Part shown: positions 12,126-24,705 of the stretch, piece by piece
Position numbering within the stretch: the first letter of the stretch is position 1
How the letters are laid out: every line of letters starts with the position of its first letter
Source of the DNA: Rhina ancylostomus
Lineage: Eukaryota
NCBI GenBank assembly: GCA_030265395.1
Contig: JARFYF010000059.1
Coordinates: forward strand, 19,033,945-19,097,944
Reading direction: 5' to 3'
Length of the DNA: 64,000 nt
The notes under the pieces: generated by a model
The model's database searches: none
Told to the model about the DNA's origin: nothing
Seen by the model: only the letters and a program-made list of their open reading frames with translations
Translations under genes and position numbers: made by a program

Positions 12126-12759
12126 TTATTCTCTGTTGTAACTACACAGTTTTGCCTCACTGGGTTAGGAATTTTCTAGCTGTTTTGAGTAAGTGGACAT
12201 TAATACTAGTGGAATAAAATTTTTTTTGCTGGCACTCCAGTTTTAGATTGACGTGTACAAAGTAAAATCTGAGTTGTCTCAACATTGTGCCTCATCCTCA
12301 ACCTCTAATTCAAAAGAGTGTTCCATTACATTGTGACAGTTTTATACAATGTCCTGTAGAATATTTGATCATATTGCCAAATTGATAGTGGTGGTGGTTA
12401 CAGGCTCATATTGGCAATTGGATTAAGATTCATTCAAGCTGATTGCCATTACAGTTGACTTTTAACTTTAATCTGCTCAAGCTTATATGTGCCTTTTGAA
12501 AGGATGAAGACTGTGAAAGTTGTACATCACTGAAGGTCATTGCTAAATTTCTAAAGAGGCCTGTTATAGTTGCTGAAGCTGCCAGTGGCTCCTCTCAGTT
12601 CCTTCGTGTCTTCAGTTTGCTTTGCTGATCACTGTATGTTGGTCCTGGTTTGGTGCAGCACAATTAGACCTTTGATGAGCTGAAGTGAGTTAAAAGTCCC
12701 AGGGTGCTGCCTGTTGATGTAGATTAATACTTAATAACCAGAACTGTGAATAGAATTCT

Positions 12760-13110
12760 CTTCAAATAAGACTTTGAACAGCAGCATGACTCTCCCAAGT
12801 GATCTACCGTTTCAGGTTGATGCCTCAAGTACACAAACGTCTTTGAGTCAATCATACTAGATCTGTTTCTTTCATCAACTTCCACAGTGAGATAGATGAT
12901 CAAGAGCCAATAACCACAACTTGCTGGTGGGGCTGAGCAGCCAGGGGAGTATCAGTGTTTGGATTCGACTGGAACTGGTGTTGATGTCTCAGGACTGGGT
13001 AGTTGTCTTTGAGGAGCTGAATCTAACTGTTTTGCTGTAACATCAAAAAGCCCTGTTCTGCAGTGTTGAGTGTTGTCAGTCCAACACACTTATTCTGTTG
13101 AACATACACA
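12760..13110 (-). mobile_element. Possible Gypsy-type LTR retrotransposon integrase C-terminal remnant
   Basis: Minus strand cttgaggcatcaacc...agatcacttgggagagtcatg resembles RRS/RSGR-type integrase tails; weak. Confidence 0.25.
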
Positions 13111-13544
13111 AATCCAGTGAGCACTACAGCAGTAAATTTCACCCTAACGATAAAGTTTTTTTTCTCCTGTTTACTCTCCTCTGAAGGAGTCAATTTTACT
13201 GGAATGGAGTTCCATTGATGCAGGCATGAGTTAAGACAAAAAAAAAATCAGAGTAAATAGATGCAGGTGCACAGCTAAGCCTACACCTCCATCCTTAACT
13301 GAAAAAGCATTGCTCTTCCATGTTGAACATCACTTGAAAATTGCAATTACTGACTCAGTAAAGCTTCTGTTGATTGAGCTGAGTCACAAGAAACTGTTTA
13401 CCATACTGGATAGGCATCAGGTACCAACAGAGACAAATAATCATACTGTGATGCCCACTTTATTCAAAGATTGATGTAGAAGGATGGGCCAGGATCACTA
13501 CCATGCTTACCTCAAGTGATATATTAACCTAGTAAATTTAAATG

Positions 13545-13985
13545 TTACTTTTTACAGTTTTTTTTTCAGAACGTCCCAGAGCATTTTACAGCTAGTGAAG
13601 TACTTCTAAAGGATTGTCNNNNNNNNNNNNNNNNNNNNNNNNNNNNNNNNNNNNNNNNNNNNNNNNNNNNNNNNNNNNNNNNNNNNNNNNNNNNNNNNNN
13701 NNNNNNNNNNNNNNNNNNTCACTCTTGTAATACTGGAAACACTGAAGCAAACTGTGGAAAATAAGATCCCACAAATACCATTGTGGTTTTGACAAAATAT
13801 TATGGTTTGGAAGTGTTGGTTGGGGGATAAATATTGTCCAGGACATAGTGAATAGCCTCCCTGCTGTTCCTTGCAATAGTGTTCTGGGATCATTTATGTC
13901 CACCAATAATTTTTTTCTCTCTGAGGTGTAAAGTCTCAACTGAAAGACAGACCTGCAGAATAAAGGAGCATTCAGCAATTGCTGA
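13545..13985 (-). mobile_element. DeuSINE with a clear Deu-domain core
   Basis: gtgttggttggggataaatattgtccaggaca...cctgctgttccttgcaatagtgttctgggatcatttatgtccacc...gtctcaactgaaagacag. Confidence 0.8.
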
Positions 13986-14049
13986 GGTAGTTTATGGCTT
14001 CAGCCGTATTCAGGAAGTTCATCGTCTTTCAGGATAAAGGAATTTACTT

Positions 14050-14450
14050 GATTGACTCACCTGCCACAAGACTCAATCTCCACCCTCTCCATCACTGGAA
14101 AACCCGTGGCTGTAATATGTACAATCTGCAAGGTGTAATGTAATAACTCTTCTGGATGGCTTTAACAACACCTTCCAGCCTTGCCACCTGTTCTACTGAG
14201 AAGGACAAGGGAAGCAATATTGTGGGAACACCATTACCAACGACCCTCCAAGCTATTACCATTCTGGCATATTTTGAAAGTCCTTTATAACTATTGAACC
14301 AGAATCTTGGAATTTCCAATCTAAGACCAATGTGGGAAAAAATTTTACCATAATTTTCAATGCTCAAGGCCACTAGCACCTTATCAGATCAGTTAGGGAT
14401 AAGTGATAAATGTGGTCTTGCCAGTACTTTCCATATTTTGAAAACAAATA
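14050..14450 (+). mobile_element. LINE 3' fragment (family of 42340-43690)
   Basis: aaggacaagggaagcaa...gggaacaccattacc...caaggccactagcacc...agttagggataagtgataaatgtggtcttgccag. Confidence 0.6.
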
Positions 14451-16076
14451 TGAAAATAACTGTCTAAAATCTTTACATCCACCTCTCAGTATTCCTGGAC
14501 AAGGGAGAGAGAAAATGGATAAAAATAGCTTATGTAACATTTATCCTGAGTCCCAGAAATATCCCAAAGAGCTTCATGTATAATGGATAGCAATATCTTG
14601 ATTCCAGAGAAAAAAAATTGGACTTTTATTCACAAATAACTTAACATATTTCTTAAATGCAAAAGCAAAATCGACTTTGCTTCTCCCTTAGAATCCAGCT
14701 GGGCTGTATTTGTATTTGTGTCCTCGTACCAAAAGGACAAGGGTTCTTGACAGCTGACACACTGAACCTTTCATAAACAAACACAGTTCTAATTTTCCCT
14801 AATTATTGTAATCTTTTCTGTCAATTTCTCTGTCCAGTTAAATGAAATTGGACAAACAGTGGAAGATATGTAGGACCTGTCTTTTGCTTGAGGACACTAA
14901 TCCCTGCTATTGCAGGCACTCTTTCAGCTTTTTAAACTATTCAAGCCAGAATTGATTGCGCAGATGGTAAGCTTCCAAAGTCTCAAAAGCTTATTCACAC
15001 TTCAAGCAATAATGTCAGAGAATGCCTGAAGTATTTCATCAAAGCAGACCACTCATCTGAACTCTGAATAGTTGTCTTGTCCTGTTGTACAGGCAGTCTC
15101 TGTGCTTGTTATGAAGACATGTTGAGGGTGACGACTCTTTACACTCAGGCACACAAAATGATATGAGGTGAGCCCACAATGGAATTTTTCATCTGCTCTG
15201 CATTTAAGATGATGCTTTGATTTGACAGAATAAAACAGGCACTGAAAATACACAATTCCCAGATGATATCTTCCTTCATTTGTTTTTATACCGTGGAATT
15301 AATATTCTCTTTTTCTTCTGCAGTCCCTTCTTTCTGGGCCACCTGTCACTTGTGGTTGGAGTATATTGTGTAAAAGGCAGATGAGACAAGTCTTAACTGC
15401 AGTTCTTCACAGATTCTCTGGAAGGGCACAGAAGGAATATGGGGGTAGTTCTTAATCTTATTTTTCCATAGTCATTTTGGAAAAGTGTTTGGATTTTACT
15501 TGGTGGGGTACCATAATGACAAGGGATGGTGCACTGAATGGAGAGGAAACATTCCAGTCTATGGGTACTTCTTTGGCTTGCAGTTCATCCATTCACCATC
15601 TCTATTTTCTGGAGTAGTTCTCAGTAACCGTGATGAAGAAAAGCCTCTAATGAGATCCCATGTTTGATAAATATGTATGAAGAATTGCATTTTTTGTGCA
15701 TTAAAGAACAGCATTGCAGTGTATGTACAACCTGAAGTCACCAGAATTTGTGTTTTTGTATTTAACAGCTTAGGGGAAAAGATGAGCACAATATAAGTAA
15801 TGAAAGAAAAATTGAGCAANNNNNNNNNNNNNNNNNNNNNNNNNNNNNNNNNNNNNNNNNNNNNNNNNNNNNNNNNNNNNNNNNNNNNNNNNNNNNNNNN
15901 NNNNNNNNNNNNNNNNNNNNNNNNNNNNNNNNNNNNNNNNNNNNNNNNNNNNNNNNNNNNNNNNNNNNNNNNNNNNNNNNNNNNNNNNNNNNNNNNNNNN
16001 NNNNNNNNNNNNNNNNNNNNNNNNNNNNNNNNNNNNNNNNNNNNNNNNNNNNNNNNNNNNNNNNNNNNNNNNNNNN

Positions 16077-16790
16077 CATGGATGCTGGTAATCTGAAGTA
16101 AAAACAGCATGCCAGAAATGTTCTGCTGGTCAAGAAGTATCTGTAGTGGGAGAAAACCAGAGTTAGTCTTTCAGTTTGATGATCCTTCATTGGAACTGGC
16201 TAGTTCTAACACAAACTGGAACAAACGTGTTTATCTGAAATCATTGAATTCAGTGGCAAGTCTTATAATGTGCCGATTTGGGAGATCAAATGCTATTCCT
16301 CCAGCTGACTTTGTTGGAACAATGTAAGAGGCCAGAAAAATCAGAGGTCAGAATGGGAGTGAGATGAAGAATCAGAGTGACCAGCAACTGGAATCTCAGG
16401 GGTACCCTTGGGACTGAATGGAGGTGTCCTGCAAAGTGATCACCCAATCTTTGACTTTTCATTGTAGAGGAGACATATTGTGACTGAATGTAGCACATTG
16501 CATTGCAAAGGAAGCAAGAGGTGAAGCTTCTCCTCAACGGAGAGTTTAGAAGTTGGGAAGGGAAGATATAAACATTATTGCATCTCCTGCAGTTGTAATG
16601 GAAGTTGATGTGAGAAGGTCGACTAGATATTGATGGAGATGGAGTGAACCAGAGTGTCACAGGAGGAACAGTTCTTTCAGGATGCTGGTAGGGGAGGGGA
16701 AGATGTGTCTGGTAGTGGCATCATTTTGTGAGTGGTGGAAATTTCAGAGGATGATCCATTGAATGTGCAGGCAGGTGGGGTGAACATGAT
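16077..16790 (-). mobile_element. Penelope-like element: decayed GIY-YIG endonuclease region plus terminal repeat
   Basis: The minus ORF contains CYIQ..QRLGDHFAGHLHSV and SGLLHCSN, which are frameshifted remnants of the PLE RLGDRFAEHLRSV and GLLHC motifs. Confidence 0.8.
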
Positions 16791-16855
16791 GATAACTTAA
16801 AACATGTTTGATTCTGAAATTTTCTCAGATCTGATGGAAGCTAATGTTATCAAAA

Positions 16856-17132
16856 GGTAAAAAACTGTACTTGCTGGATATCTGAAATAAAAACAGAATG
16901 CTGGAAAAATTCAGCAAGTCAGGCAATATCTGTGGAGAGACAACCAGAGTTAATGTTTCAGGTCAAAGACCTTTCATTAGGTCTTCAGTTCTGTTCTGTC
17001 AGTTCTAATAAAAGAGCATTGACCTAAAACATTAATTCTGTTTCTCTCTCCTCAGATATGCCAGACCTCCTGAATATTTAACACATTCACTCTTTTTATT
17101 TCAGATTTCTAGCATCTGTAATGTTTTGCTTT
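16856..17132. mobile_element. Inverted pair of Penelope terminal repeats (about 125-bp arms, about 24-bp spacer)
   Basis: The reverse complement of 16861-16980 (ctaatgaaaggtctttgacctgaaacattaactctg...ttttatttcagatatccagca) aligns with 17005-17125 (ctaataaaagagcattgacctaaaacattaattctg...ttttatttcagatttctagca). Confidence 0.85.
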
Positions 17133-19259
17133 CCCAATGAATAATGTAACTTATTCTAAATGATTACATGTTACTAAAATGTAATCATTTTATTCCTTTA
17201 GATAGAGAGCCAAATTTGCAGTGGGACAAGCCCACATAGAAGTATTTATCCCCTACCATGTCTGAAATATATTCAAGTTTTTCTATGCTGTTCCATAAAG
17301 CATTCTCCCAAAGGCAACTAGATTGGACCTCATTTCCCTTTTACTTTTATAATGTAAGAGAAAGCCCATTAATGGGGATACAAGTCAGATCCATAAGACA
17401 AGCAATTGATATCTGACCCAAATGTAACATGCAGCTTCCATTCAAATCAGGAATTTCAGCACTGGGAAGGAATGAACTGTGGTTATATGCTTGGGCTTGG
17501 CAGCTGAGATGTGTATGCATTTGATGGAGATGTATGAGTAAGCTCTTGATCATGAATAGCTAGTGGCATGGGAAAAATTCAGAATGTATATGAAATATAA
17601 AATAGCTTAAAATTTGAATGATGTTGTTGACTGGTTCTTTTCCCATCTTGTGTTCAGTAGCACTTGTTGGAGCAGCTAAATGAAGCCCTTGATGTGTGAA
17701 TGCATATCAAACTTTAAAATTAAGGGAATCAAACCTACTTTAGGAGCTGAAGTTGGCAAAGTTTTCAGGTACAGAGTAATAAAAAAATTGCAACTTTTAA
17801 AGGCATTGTAGTTGATCAAGTTAACCTTGGAGTCATCTGGAGAAGATTGGCACAAGACCTGAATAAAGAAGCAGTGTTGAATCTCTCTCCTACTACATTA
17901 CTTCTACAGAGAAGATCAACAATGCTTTATCCAAGGCCAGTGTTGGACGTGATGGATCAATCAGCCCACGGCTTGTAATATTAATTATTTTCTGATGGTA
18001 TATTGTGATATTGGCCAATCGATCTCAGTAAGCCTTTTCACTGCCCTCCTTCAAACATCTGTAAGATATGCTTCCATTTGAAGGGTAAAGCTTTGACCTC
18101 TGTTATATTTGCCAGATCTGGATCGGTTAATCCTTAAAGAGATTTAAAAAAATCCAGGAGCACAGAGTAGTGACAGATTCAGCAACATTGAAATACCCAC
18201 AGGACATTAAACTCCCGTCTTAAAACTAGGAATATCGGAGACGGGATATTTTTACTAGTCATTTGGGAGTAATATAATTGCAGTTTGTGGCTGCAGCAGA
18301 TGCTGAAGACAGCTGGCAGAAGAGAGATTGCCCATTTTTCTCATCATTGAAAGAGTACAGATAAACCCATACACTGAAACCTCGTAAAGCTCTTATTAGG
18401 TTTGGCTGAAGGAGCTAAGGTGTGTGAGCATGAGTGCATGTCTGCACACCAAGTATTTGGCTGCTTTTAAGCTAGACAGTAACAATAGATGTTTCATTAT
18501 AAATCAGGGTGCTGCAGTTTGCTTTAAACATGGTGCTGAATTTGGGGGAAATGCCCGCTTGGGAGCTTAATTGTCTACATCAAATTGTTAGACATGAGTA
18601 TAATGCATTCCGGTGAATGCTCCTGTATGTGAAACACAAATAATATATGAGGTCTATTAATACCCTGATGTACTGTGCCATGCGTGTGAATGATCAAAGG
18701 CAAAATGCTACAGGGCAGAGATAAGAGCAGTAAAAGAGTATTCCTCCACCTTCACAGCCTGAGTTCTAATTCCTTTACCTCCTCTCTTGAAGGTGCTGAT
18801 TTATGCTTTGCATGGTTTCACAGCTACCTTGAAGCGACCCATTTATCATGTTTCAAGGAGAGGGAGCGTCATTTGTTCAGTCATGGGAGCATCACAGCCG
18901 AGAGTTGATTAGCATGGGCCACTGATTGTCCACATGAAAGGAGTACATTTGCTGATTGGTTGCCCCATTCCTCATCCAATTGTAACTTTCAGTCACCACA
19001 CCTGACACCAACTAAGTCAGTGCAGAAAATACCTGGGAGCTTTCTGGGAGCTTCCTGACATTGTTGGATGGGACCATGCTGCTCAGGAATATATATTTTT
19101 TATTTCTACTTCCTGACTTTGTCCTTCTTGTGCTGCCTGTCTTTGGGCTGGGAAGGTGAATCTTTGATTGAGGTTCCCTCCTGAGTAAATCCCAATATCT
19201 ATGGATGTTGAGTAATGGTGGCATTGTTGAGATCTCCTATCCCAAAGAGAATGTGATCC

Positions 19260-19990
19260 TATAGTCCCCTGGTTAGGTTACTGAATTAATCTAGAGATTG
19301 TGAGTTTAAGTTCAACTGGCCAAATTGCCTGATATTATTAAGATTAATCATGAAGCTGCCAGATTATTTTATAGTCGATTTGGTTGGCTCATTCATATCC
19401 TTTTAGGGCAGGAAGCTTTCTGTTCTGAACTAGACTTGGCTAATGTGCAACTCCAGTACTCCCTCCCCACCTAACGTAGTTGAAACATGAGATCATTGGG
19501 TGTCCTGACATGTTGGATGTGGAGAGGATATTTCCTCTTGTAAAAGAAACTAAACCTAGGATTCGCTGTTTAAAAAGAGGGTCATCCATTTAATACAGAA
19601 ACGAGGCATTTTTTCTCTCAGTATTTGGAACACTTCCTCAAAGGTCGGTGGAAGCAGCATCTTTGATTATTTTTAAGGTAGATAGATTCTTGATTGGCAA
19701 GGAGATGAGAGGTTTTCAGAGTAGGCAGGAATGTAGAGTTCTGGTTAAATCATATTAAGCATGAAATTTTTGAAAGGCAGAGCAGGCTTGAGAAGCCAGG
19801 GCCCTACTCCTGCTCCTAATTCATATGTTTGTATGATCTTAACTGCCATCTGCAATAAGTCATCAAGTAAGTCAGTTACGTCAAACCACTACCACTGGTT
19901 CAAGAGCTCCCATCGCCACCACTTGAGAGCAACTAGGAATAGATAGTATTTCACCTTGAAATCATACCCACATCTTGAAAAAGAATTTTA
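19260..19990 (+). mobile_element. tRNA-SINE interrupted by a CR1 3' end (about 19484-19836)
   Basis: The SINE motif gtrgttga|ctcttaactgcc is split at 19483/19837. The insert has the CR1 end ggcagagcaggcttgag..cctactcctgctcctaattcatatgtttgtatg. Confidence 0.7.
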
Positions 19991-20419
19991 AAAAATGAAA
20001 TTTCAATCTAACTTAACTTTTTTTCAGTGCTCTCTGAAGATTGGTCTTCCAATCCTGAGTTTTGGCAAAGCCTTGACTGGGTTTGGCAGTGATATCCTAC
20101 TATCCTGTTAATCAATGAGCTGGCCAATACTTATTGCCTGTGTCAGTATATGAAGAACGGGGATTTGATTTGGGCACAGTGGGAGTAATCGGTGACACTG
20201 GATCTGCATCCTGTAAAAATCAATGCCTTTGATGAAGGAAAGAGAAATATGGAAACACAATGAGCTGTTTCAACCTCAAAGCTGAAAATTAGAGTGGGTA
20301 TTAATCAAAATTAATCAAAATCCATGTTACACAAGTTGAACAGTTCCTTCATTATCTCAATGTCTTCTATCCTGCTATTTTTATCATAGATATGCATTTT
20401 TTAAAATTCAGCCTTTTAT

Positions 20420-21025
20420 TCAGTTCCCTTTTGAATGTTATCATTTGTTATGCTCTCACTGTGTGTTTGACTAGTGAATTTTGGTGTTTAAGGAAAGCTT
20501 TTCTCATTTGTTCTGTGATTCTATCACCAATCCTTTCACTTTAAGCCTGTGCCTTCGCGTTACCAGCCCCCTGCCATCAGGATAAAAAGTTCTTACCCTT
20601 TATGATTTTGAACACATCTATTAAATTATCTTTACCCTGAAGAAGAACACCTCCAGTTTCTCCAGTCTCCACATAAACATAAGAGCAATTGATGACTTTT
20701 TTTCTGCACCCTTCCCAAGCTCTTTGCCTTCTGCCTACACTGNNNNNNNNNNNNNNNNNNNNNNNNNNNNNNNNNNNNNNNNNNNNNNNNNNNNNNNNNN
20801 NNNNNNNNNNNNNNNNNNNNNNNNNNNNNNNNNNNNNNNNNNTGCCTACACTGTGTTGCTCACAGTATTCCTTCTGTGCCCTAACCTGTGTTTTATACTT
20901 TAACAAAACTGTTTTGCTCTGTTTAAACTGTTTGTACTCTGTCACCATTAATAATGCCCAAGTTCCCATGTTTTAACAGCTTTCTCAATTTGCACTGCCA
21001 CATTCAAAGATTTGTGCATACAAAC
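20420..21025 (-). mobile_element. CR1 LINE 3' ORF2 fragment
   Basis: The minus frame includes LIDVFKIIKG; tgattttgaacacatctatta. Confidence 0.6.
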
Positions 21026-21040
21026 ACATACCAGAATATT

Positions 21041-21480
21041 GGTGGCTCAGTAGTTAAATTACTGGACTAGTAATCCGGAGGCCTGGACTAACAATCCAGA
21101 GACCTGAGTTCAAATCTCACCATGGCAATTCAAATTCAAATTCAATTAATGATCTGGAAACTTTAAAAGAAAAACAAACTAGTTGTTAGTAACAATGACA
21201 CCATAACTACCAGATTTTGTAAAAACCCAGCTGGATTTTTTGTCTGAGGTGGAAATCTCATCTTTATCCAGTCTGGCTCCAGTGACTCCAGATCCATCAA
21301 TGTGCTTGACTCTTAAATGTCCTGGTAAGCCACTTATTAATACCATATTCACTCTCTTTGGATTGCAGTGGTTCAAGATGGTGAGCCACCACCACCTTCT
21401 CAAGAGCAGTTTGGAATGGGTAGTAAATGCTGGCTTTGCCAATGACAGCCATATCCCAAAAAGATGAAGAAATAAAAAAG
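21041..21480 (+). mobile_element. Near full-length tRNA-derived SINE with a LINE-derived 3' tail
   Basis: A box ggtggctcagtagttaa (21041), B box gagttcaaatc (21106), tail ggattgcagtggttcaagatggtgagccaccaccaccttctcaagagcagtt..gggtagtaaatgctggctttgcc followed by an A-rich end. Confidence 0.8.
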
Positions 21481-22554
21481 AATACCTACAGGTCTTTGTT
21501 CATGTTTTTAAAAATTTGCCACTTAGTTTACAGTGCCTCCTCATTCTTCCCACTGGAATGTATCAGTTCATCATTAAATTTCAAGTAACAATTGGGCACT
21601 TGGGTAAGTATTGAAGGCCAGTGAATGGCTGAAGTTTTGCTGCTGTGTTTCGGATGTTGGGGAGTAATATGTGCACAGTTATATTCCTACACAGAGCCAA
21701 AACAAACTAGTGAAGTAAAAACAAACACATAAAGGAAATGAAAAAGGAGCAGCTTTGCTCTGTCCTGCCACTCATCCTGCAGCCACAGGCATCCAACCCA
21801 TCCAAAACTAATGAAATCCCCAAAGAATTAAATCTTCACTGGTCTAACACAGCTGTGTATAAAGATTTTTTCTACTTTGCACATCTGTTAATAAAATGGT
21901 AAGAAACATTACCTACAAATTCTCCTTTCCCTTGAGGAAGAATTAATTTCCAAAAATATATTTCAGTTTTTAGCTGTTTTACATTGTTAGTTTCCCCTAA
22001 AATCATATTAGTTCTGGTCAAGTCCCTAAAGAAACATCCTTCCTTGGGAATGATAGGACTCCTGATGCCATGTTATGTGTAGCGGCAAATCTGTGAGGAA
22101 CTGAGGTTCCAATCTTCTTGTCTTATTAAATAAGCACTTGTGAAACTGTGCAGTGGTTTGGTGGATGATTGTGCTTCCTCGTATGGATAGAACCATGCCA
22201 ATTACAGGCAGCCCACCTTTGATCTTTTGTCTTTAGCCCTTCTGACTCAGGGTTGGTGGAGAGTGAATTACACCAGTCCCTCAGGTTGGAAAAGGAAAGA
22301 GCAGCCACTTTAAATCAGTACCTGTTCATCATAACCAAATGCACTGTGAGGAGCCAGATACACTCTAAAGGGCACATCAGTTGAAGGCAAGGTGAAGCTC
22401 AAACCTGATGCCAAAGCATCTGCATTTCATGTCATTTACAATTCCAGATCAGTGTTTATATTGCTGGGAGAAAACTATCAGTGCTGACTGTTACTCGGTG
22501 ACTGCTTTCTCCTTGAATTAACTGTCTGTCCTAGCTCCCTGTCTCTCCAGGGTG

Positions 22555-22718
22555 CTTGCCTGTCTCTATTGTCTCTTCTGTCTGTCTGTCTGTCTGTCTC
22601 TCTCCCCTCTCTCTCACTCCCTCTCTCTCTCTCATTCCCTGTCACTCTCTCCCTCTCTCTCACTCTTTCTCTCTTTCACTCTCCCCTCTCTCTCACTCAC
22701 TCCCTTTCACTCTCTCTA
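22555..22718. repeat. (TCTG)n/(TC)n/(TCAC) compound microsatellite
   Basis: Directly visible. Confidence 0.95.
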
Positions 22719-22734
22719 ACTGCACTCTTGTTGA

Positions 22735-22865
22735 GACCATTGAGTCCTGGTGACTTGTCCGTGCAGTGGTTTGGTGGATTATTATTTGAAATTATTTGAA
22801 ATTATCCCTTCTGATATCTTGAGGATATTAGCAATGTCTTCCACAATGAAGACTGATGCGAAAAC
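22735..22865 (-). mobile_element. CR1 ORF2 fragment
   Basis: The minus strand reads FASVFIVED...DKSPGL. Confidence 0.55.
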
Positions 22866-24277
22866 ATGATCAAAACATCATTCAATATTCAATGGAGCTT
22901 GGGATAGAATGTCTGTTTCAGGAGTCTAGGGTCACGCATGTGAGTGGTGTGGCCTGCTAATCAGAGCTGACTAAATGTAATTAGGGCAATGCAGGGGATG
23001 TTTGCCTTGGAGAAGATGCTGACCTCAGTTCGCTTATCCTGCAGTGCATTTTGCACATTCTTATTGGCCTCTGGCTCCCTCCTGCACCAGGCTCACTACC
23101 ACATTCAGATTCACTGTCTCTCGGGTACCCATCCACATTCCATGTTTATGTAGCTCTGCAATTACTTGTGGCTTAAGGTCCACTATCACTCTCAAGCTGC
23201 GGGTTATTGGATATGCCTGAAACCAATTTTACGTCCCCAGTAAGGACATGTTCTCCTTAATTCAGTGTTGATTTTCAGTTGTTGATCTTTAGAAGTCATT
23301 GGTTCAGTGATCTGCAGCAAAATACAAACACTTACTTGTCTCAACTTGTGAGCAAATCTGAACCTTTTGAGCTGATCCCCAAAACTCAAACCTAATTGGT
23401 AGGAAGAGAATGAGAAAATGGGAGGAGAGAGAAAATAATGTCTCTTTGGTTGTGCAAATTAGTAGGGGTTGTATTCACGTCTGAATCTGGTGGCAGTGCT
23501 ATTACATCAGGATGGTAGCACAATGATGGTAAAAATCATTCCAGCCTCTCACTCCCATCTGTGCTCTTTTCAGTTTCAAAACTCAACATATGTGGAAAGG
23601 GAAAGACAGTAGAAAGCAAAAGGCTGTAATTAAATTCTGGGTATAAAAGTTGTCAGTTGAATCCCCAACAGTGAATCATGCCTTGCAATTCACCCTTGGC
23701 TATCAGCAGATCCCCCCGCATATAATAAAAGACACACATGATCAAACCCCTCTCCTTCCTGAAAAACAAACTCAATAAATACCACAGCTGGAGGCATCTG
23801 TAGTTTGTGCTGTTAAAGCATGGGAGGTGAGGGCGAACTTGGAGTAGGTCAGACCTGGGAAAAGGGAATTTCAATATTTTATGTTAGTTTTAATTTGTCC
23901 AAGAACAGCAGGTAACATTTAATTATTCATTGGGTTATTTTTTTTCTCCTCTCATTTCTCTTTTCCACTGGGCCAGTATTGAAGCTGATGTTGAGGAGCT
24001 TGCGATTGTATGTGGTGGGACTGATTGTTGATGTGGGGGCTCTGAAGATCAGTCAGGATTAGCTAGTCCTCACAGACAGCTCACAACCCACTGTGGAGTT
24101 ATTCTGATTGGTCTGAAATAACATGATAATTTGCAATTTTACATGGGATAACATCTGGAACCCTCTAATTGGCTCATATTTTGAATATGTCACTATCATA
24201 GTCTGTCAGGCCAAACATTCATCACCTGTTGCCCTCTGCTACAGGCCCTGATTTATTTTATTTGAGGTTCTTTCCCT

Positions 24278-24323
24278 ATACACATACATACACGTGTACA
24301 CACACACACACACGCACACACGC
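24278..24323. repeat. (CA)n microsatellite, imperfect
   Basis: Directly visible. Confidence 0.9.
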
Positions 24324-24489
24324 TTCAAAATTCTAATCATTTCTTTTTAAAGCATNNNNNNNNNNNNNNNNNNNNNNNNNNNNNNNNNNNNNNNNNNNNN
24401 NNNNNNNNNNNNNNNNNNNNNNNNNNNNNNNNNNNNNNNNNNNNNNNNNNNNNNNNAGGTCAGGCTAGGTGAAAATGACAGCTTTTTCA

Positions 24490-24705
24490 AGAACTCATAT
24501 TTTTAAAATTTCCCAAGGTGCTTCAGAGAAGCAGAATGAGACAAAATTTGACGCTGAATCACAAGGAAACGTTAGAATGTTACCAAAAGCTGAAAAAAAA
24601 TGAAAAGCAAGATAGAGAGGTGGAAATGTTTATGGAATTCCAGACCTTCAGGCTTTGACAGCAGAAGGTATGTGCCAGTGGTGAAGTGATAAAAATTGGG
24701 CACGT
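24490..24705 (-). mobile_element. L2 LINE 3' end
   Basis: tcccaaggtgcttcagag...aaaatttgacgctgaatcacaagg...ggaattccagacc; same family as 8900-9080. Confidence 0.6.

Noticed and set aside
15300-15365. Strong-looking splice acceptor (ttctcttttcttctgcag)
   Set aside because: No good donor follows and there is no CAMTA-like or other recognisable peptide; such sites are common in long introns.
21041-21125. tRNA gene
   Set aside because: A/B boxes are present but no cloverleaf, and the sequence continues into a SINE body and LINE tail.
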